A DNA stretch of 64,000 bases. It comes from Octopus bimaculoides. Taxonomy: Eukaryota. Location: contig NC_068982.1 of assembly GCF_001194135.2 (NCBI RefSeq), positions 164,608,636 to 164,672,635 on the forward strand, given 5' to 3'. Of this stretch, positions 61,500-64,000 are shown one piece after another. Position 1 is the first letter of the stretch. Each line of letters begins with the position of its first letter. The notes under the pieces were generated by a model that had not been told where the DNA came from, ran no database searches, and worked only from the letters and a program-made list of their open reading frames with translations. The translations under genes were made by a program, and so were the position numbers.

Positions 61500-62742
61500 T
61501 TGCTTGAACTGGAGAAGGCATTTTATAGGTTTCCAAGAAAGGTAACTGAGTGAGTTTTGGGGAAGAGAAGCGTACTAGAGGTAATAGTGAGGGCAATGAT
61601 GAGTTTGTATGAGGGGAGTCGGAATCGGATCAGAGCTGCTGGTGAAGTCTGCGGTGAAAGTGGGTATGCATTAGGGATCTGTGTTGCCACCGCTTTTGTT
61701 TGAAATAGTGGTTGATGTGGTGACGGAGAGAGCAAGAGAGGGATTGATAATGGTAATACTGTATGTGGATGACCTTGTTCTGATGAGCGAGACGATGGAG
61801 GGACTGAGGGAGAAGTTTTGGAAATGGAAGGAGGTGTTTGAAAGCAAGGGTGATGGTGAGCGGAGTAGAAAGAGAAGTGTTAGTGAGTAAGGTGGATCCA
61901 TGTGGTGTACGTGGAAGGAGGGTAATGGTAAATGTGGTGTTATGTGCGAGATGTGAGAAATGGATCCATAGTTGATATAAGAAAATGAAGAAGGTGACCC
62001 CAAGAATGGCGAGTTTTTTTGTGGAAGATGTGAGAAAGGAGCTGGAGGGATAGCGGAGCCAATTGAAACACTATGTGACGAAGTGGAAACAGTCAGAATG
62101 TTTTGTTATTTGGGAGATAGGGTGGATGTAAGTGGTGGATGTGAAGCCGCTGTGACAGAAAGAGCGAGACTTGGCTGGGTGATGTTCAGGGAATGTGGTG
62201 CGTTGTTATATGGGAAAAGGTTCTCATTAAAGATGAAAGGAAGGGTCTATAAGAGTTGTGTGAGAGCTGCAATGCTGTATGGGAGTGACACATAGTGTCT
62301 GAAGGAGAGAGAAATGGTAATTTTGAGAAAGACTAAGAGTGTAGTGGTGAGAGAAGTGTGTCGGGTGAGGCTGTTTGATAAGAGGAGGACTGAAGATTTT
62401 ATAGAAATGCTGGGGTTGGAAGAATCGGTGGAATGGTTGGTGAGGGCTAATGGAGTGAGGTGGTATGGGAATGTGTTGCGGATGGATGAAGAGCATGTTC
62501 TGAGGCGGGTGATTGCATTTGAGGTAAATGGAGCGCGAAAGCGAGGTAGACAGAGAAAAAGATGGAGTGGACAAGTCGAGGAGGAGATTGGGAGGGTTGG
62601 TTTGAAAAACGAGGACGCTCAAATCCGGGCAAGATGGCGATATGGAGTGAGGGTGGTTGCTATGGCATTGAGGTAGATCCGCCCCACAGTTAACGGGTGC
62701 AAAACCCGGATTTAAAACACTGGATGATGATGATGATGATGA

Positions 62743-62745
<3 letters not shown>
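61500..62745 (+). mobile_element. RTE-clade LINE, 5'-truncated, with Cys-rich insertion in RT and (GAT)n tail
   Basis: LELEKAFYRFPRKV; GSVLPPLLFEIVVDVVT..ILYVDDLVLMSE; CGVRGRRVMVNVVLCARCEKWIHS..CGRC; FCYLGD..ARLGWVMFRECG..KGRVYKSCVRAAMLYGSDT; VRWYGNVLRM..RKRGRQRKRW. (GAT)n tail at 62725-62745. Confidence 0.95.
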
Positions 62746-62781
<36 letters not shown>

Positions 62782-63807
62782 TTTAGATTCAGGTGAATAT
62801 GGTACTTAAGTTTAGGCACCAGAAATAAGTATGGTATTATCCATACAGTTTCAAAATAAGGTGATTAAAATCAAAATAAGCAACAAGGATATCTAAAGTT
62901 AATGCAGTTAGATCGTTTCATGCGACTTCATTTAATTAAGCAATGTGAACATTACATCAAATGTAAAATGCAGAGCACTGCATATGTTGCATAGATTATT
63001 CAACTTCGTATGTAACATGGAGCGATTTTCGTTCACGAAAACGTACATAGCATTAATTTGACATTTTTTTTCTTCATTTAAGATCATTATTATTCTTCCT
63101 GTGAGGATTATAACGTACCTACTGAATTAGTGAGGTGCGCTTTTTATAATTGACCGAAGTATAACTAATCACCATTCGGTTATTCGAAGACTATGTGTAT
63201 GACGTGCTCCGGAATAATAATATATGCTATTTGCAAACAATTGTAGCAGAAATTATGAAGATGGTGAGAAAGGTTCAGGTACAAATTGCTGATGCATCGA
63301 TGATATATATAACGATGATAGTAAATATCTTCATAACAAGGTTGTGATTATTAAGTTGGCGAAGGGGAACATGATCAAACGTCTTGTATGCGAGTGAATG
63401 AGTCAAGTTGATGATGATGATGACGATGACAATGATGATGACAATCACGGTGTTGATAACGATGTTGAAATTGATCTATTATTATCTCTTTCATATAAGG
63501 CAACGTTGTCTTCGCTGTTGTTGGTGATGATTAGCTGAAAGTTAGTTCTGTTTAAGTAGATCTATAACCAAGGCATTCCTACTAATTTCCACTCCTTATT
63601 TTTGGACTGCATTATACAGGACTAACGTATTGAAATGTAATTATCTCTACATTCTACAGAACTACATTAGCCGGTGTATAAATTCTTAAAGATGACAAGC
63701 TGTGCTTGCAGGACGTCGTGCTGACATCTCATCCAAGTCGAGAGACCACGAGGAGACTGGTTCGTTGGCTCATGAGCTCATCAGTTTTTGGTGCTGATAA
63801 CACCGAT

Positions 63808-64000
63808 CATCATCATCATCATTCTCACTGCCACCATGACAATCACCACAACAACCATCATCTCTAAAATCAAAACAACCACCACCACTATCATCAACAT
63901 CATTATTATCATCATCATCATCCTCATCATCGTCGTCGTCGTAATCATCGTAATCACGACCACGACCACGACCGCTACCACCACCACCACCACCACCACC
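63808..64000. repeat. Degenerate (CAT)/(CAC)n microsatellite
   Basis: Directly visible. Confidence 0.95.

Overview
AT-rich animal genomic DNA, not prokaryotic. It has dense (TA)n/(CA)n/(TAA)n/(CTT)n/(CAT)n microsatellites, 12 N-gaps and repeated tRNA-derived SINEs. The repeat landscape resembles a coleoid cephalopod such as Octopus; this is inference from pattern recognition, not a database hit. I found no intact cellular gene, rRNA, true tRNA gene or CRISPR array. The window is intergenic or intronic and filled with decayed mobile elements. These include a DIRS-like RT/RNaseH/methyltransferase remnant (about 3.0-4.7 kb), Mag-type Gypsy LTR elements (one with both LTRs, tRNA-Ser PBS, PPT and 5-bp TSD), and a hAT element nested in an LTR. 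There are also seven R4/Dong LINE pieces, three RTE LINEs, a CR1/L2 RT piece, a CCCH-finger ORF1 remnant, Penelope-like GIY-YIG pieces and four Tc1/mariner fragments. The most interesting leads are two candidate minimal hammerhead ribozymes (60897-60957 minus; 340-376 plus), the DIRS remnant and the layered nesting at 3-7.8 kb. All protein assignments come from manual translation and motif recall; none was confirmed by a search. I cannot claim a confirmed novel biological system.
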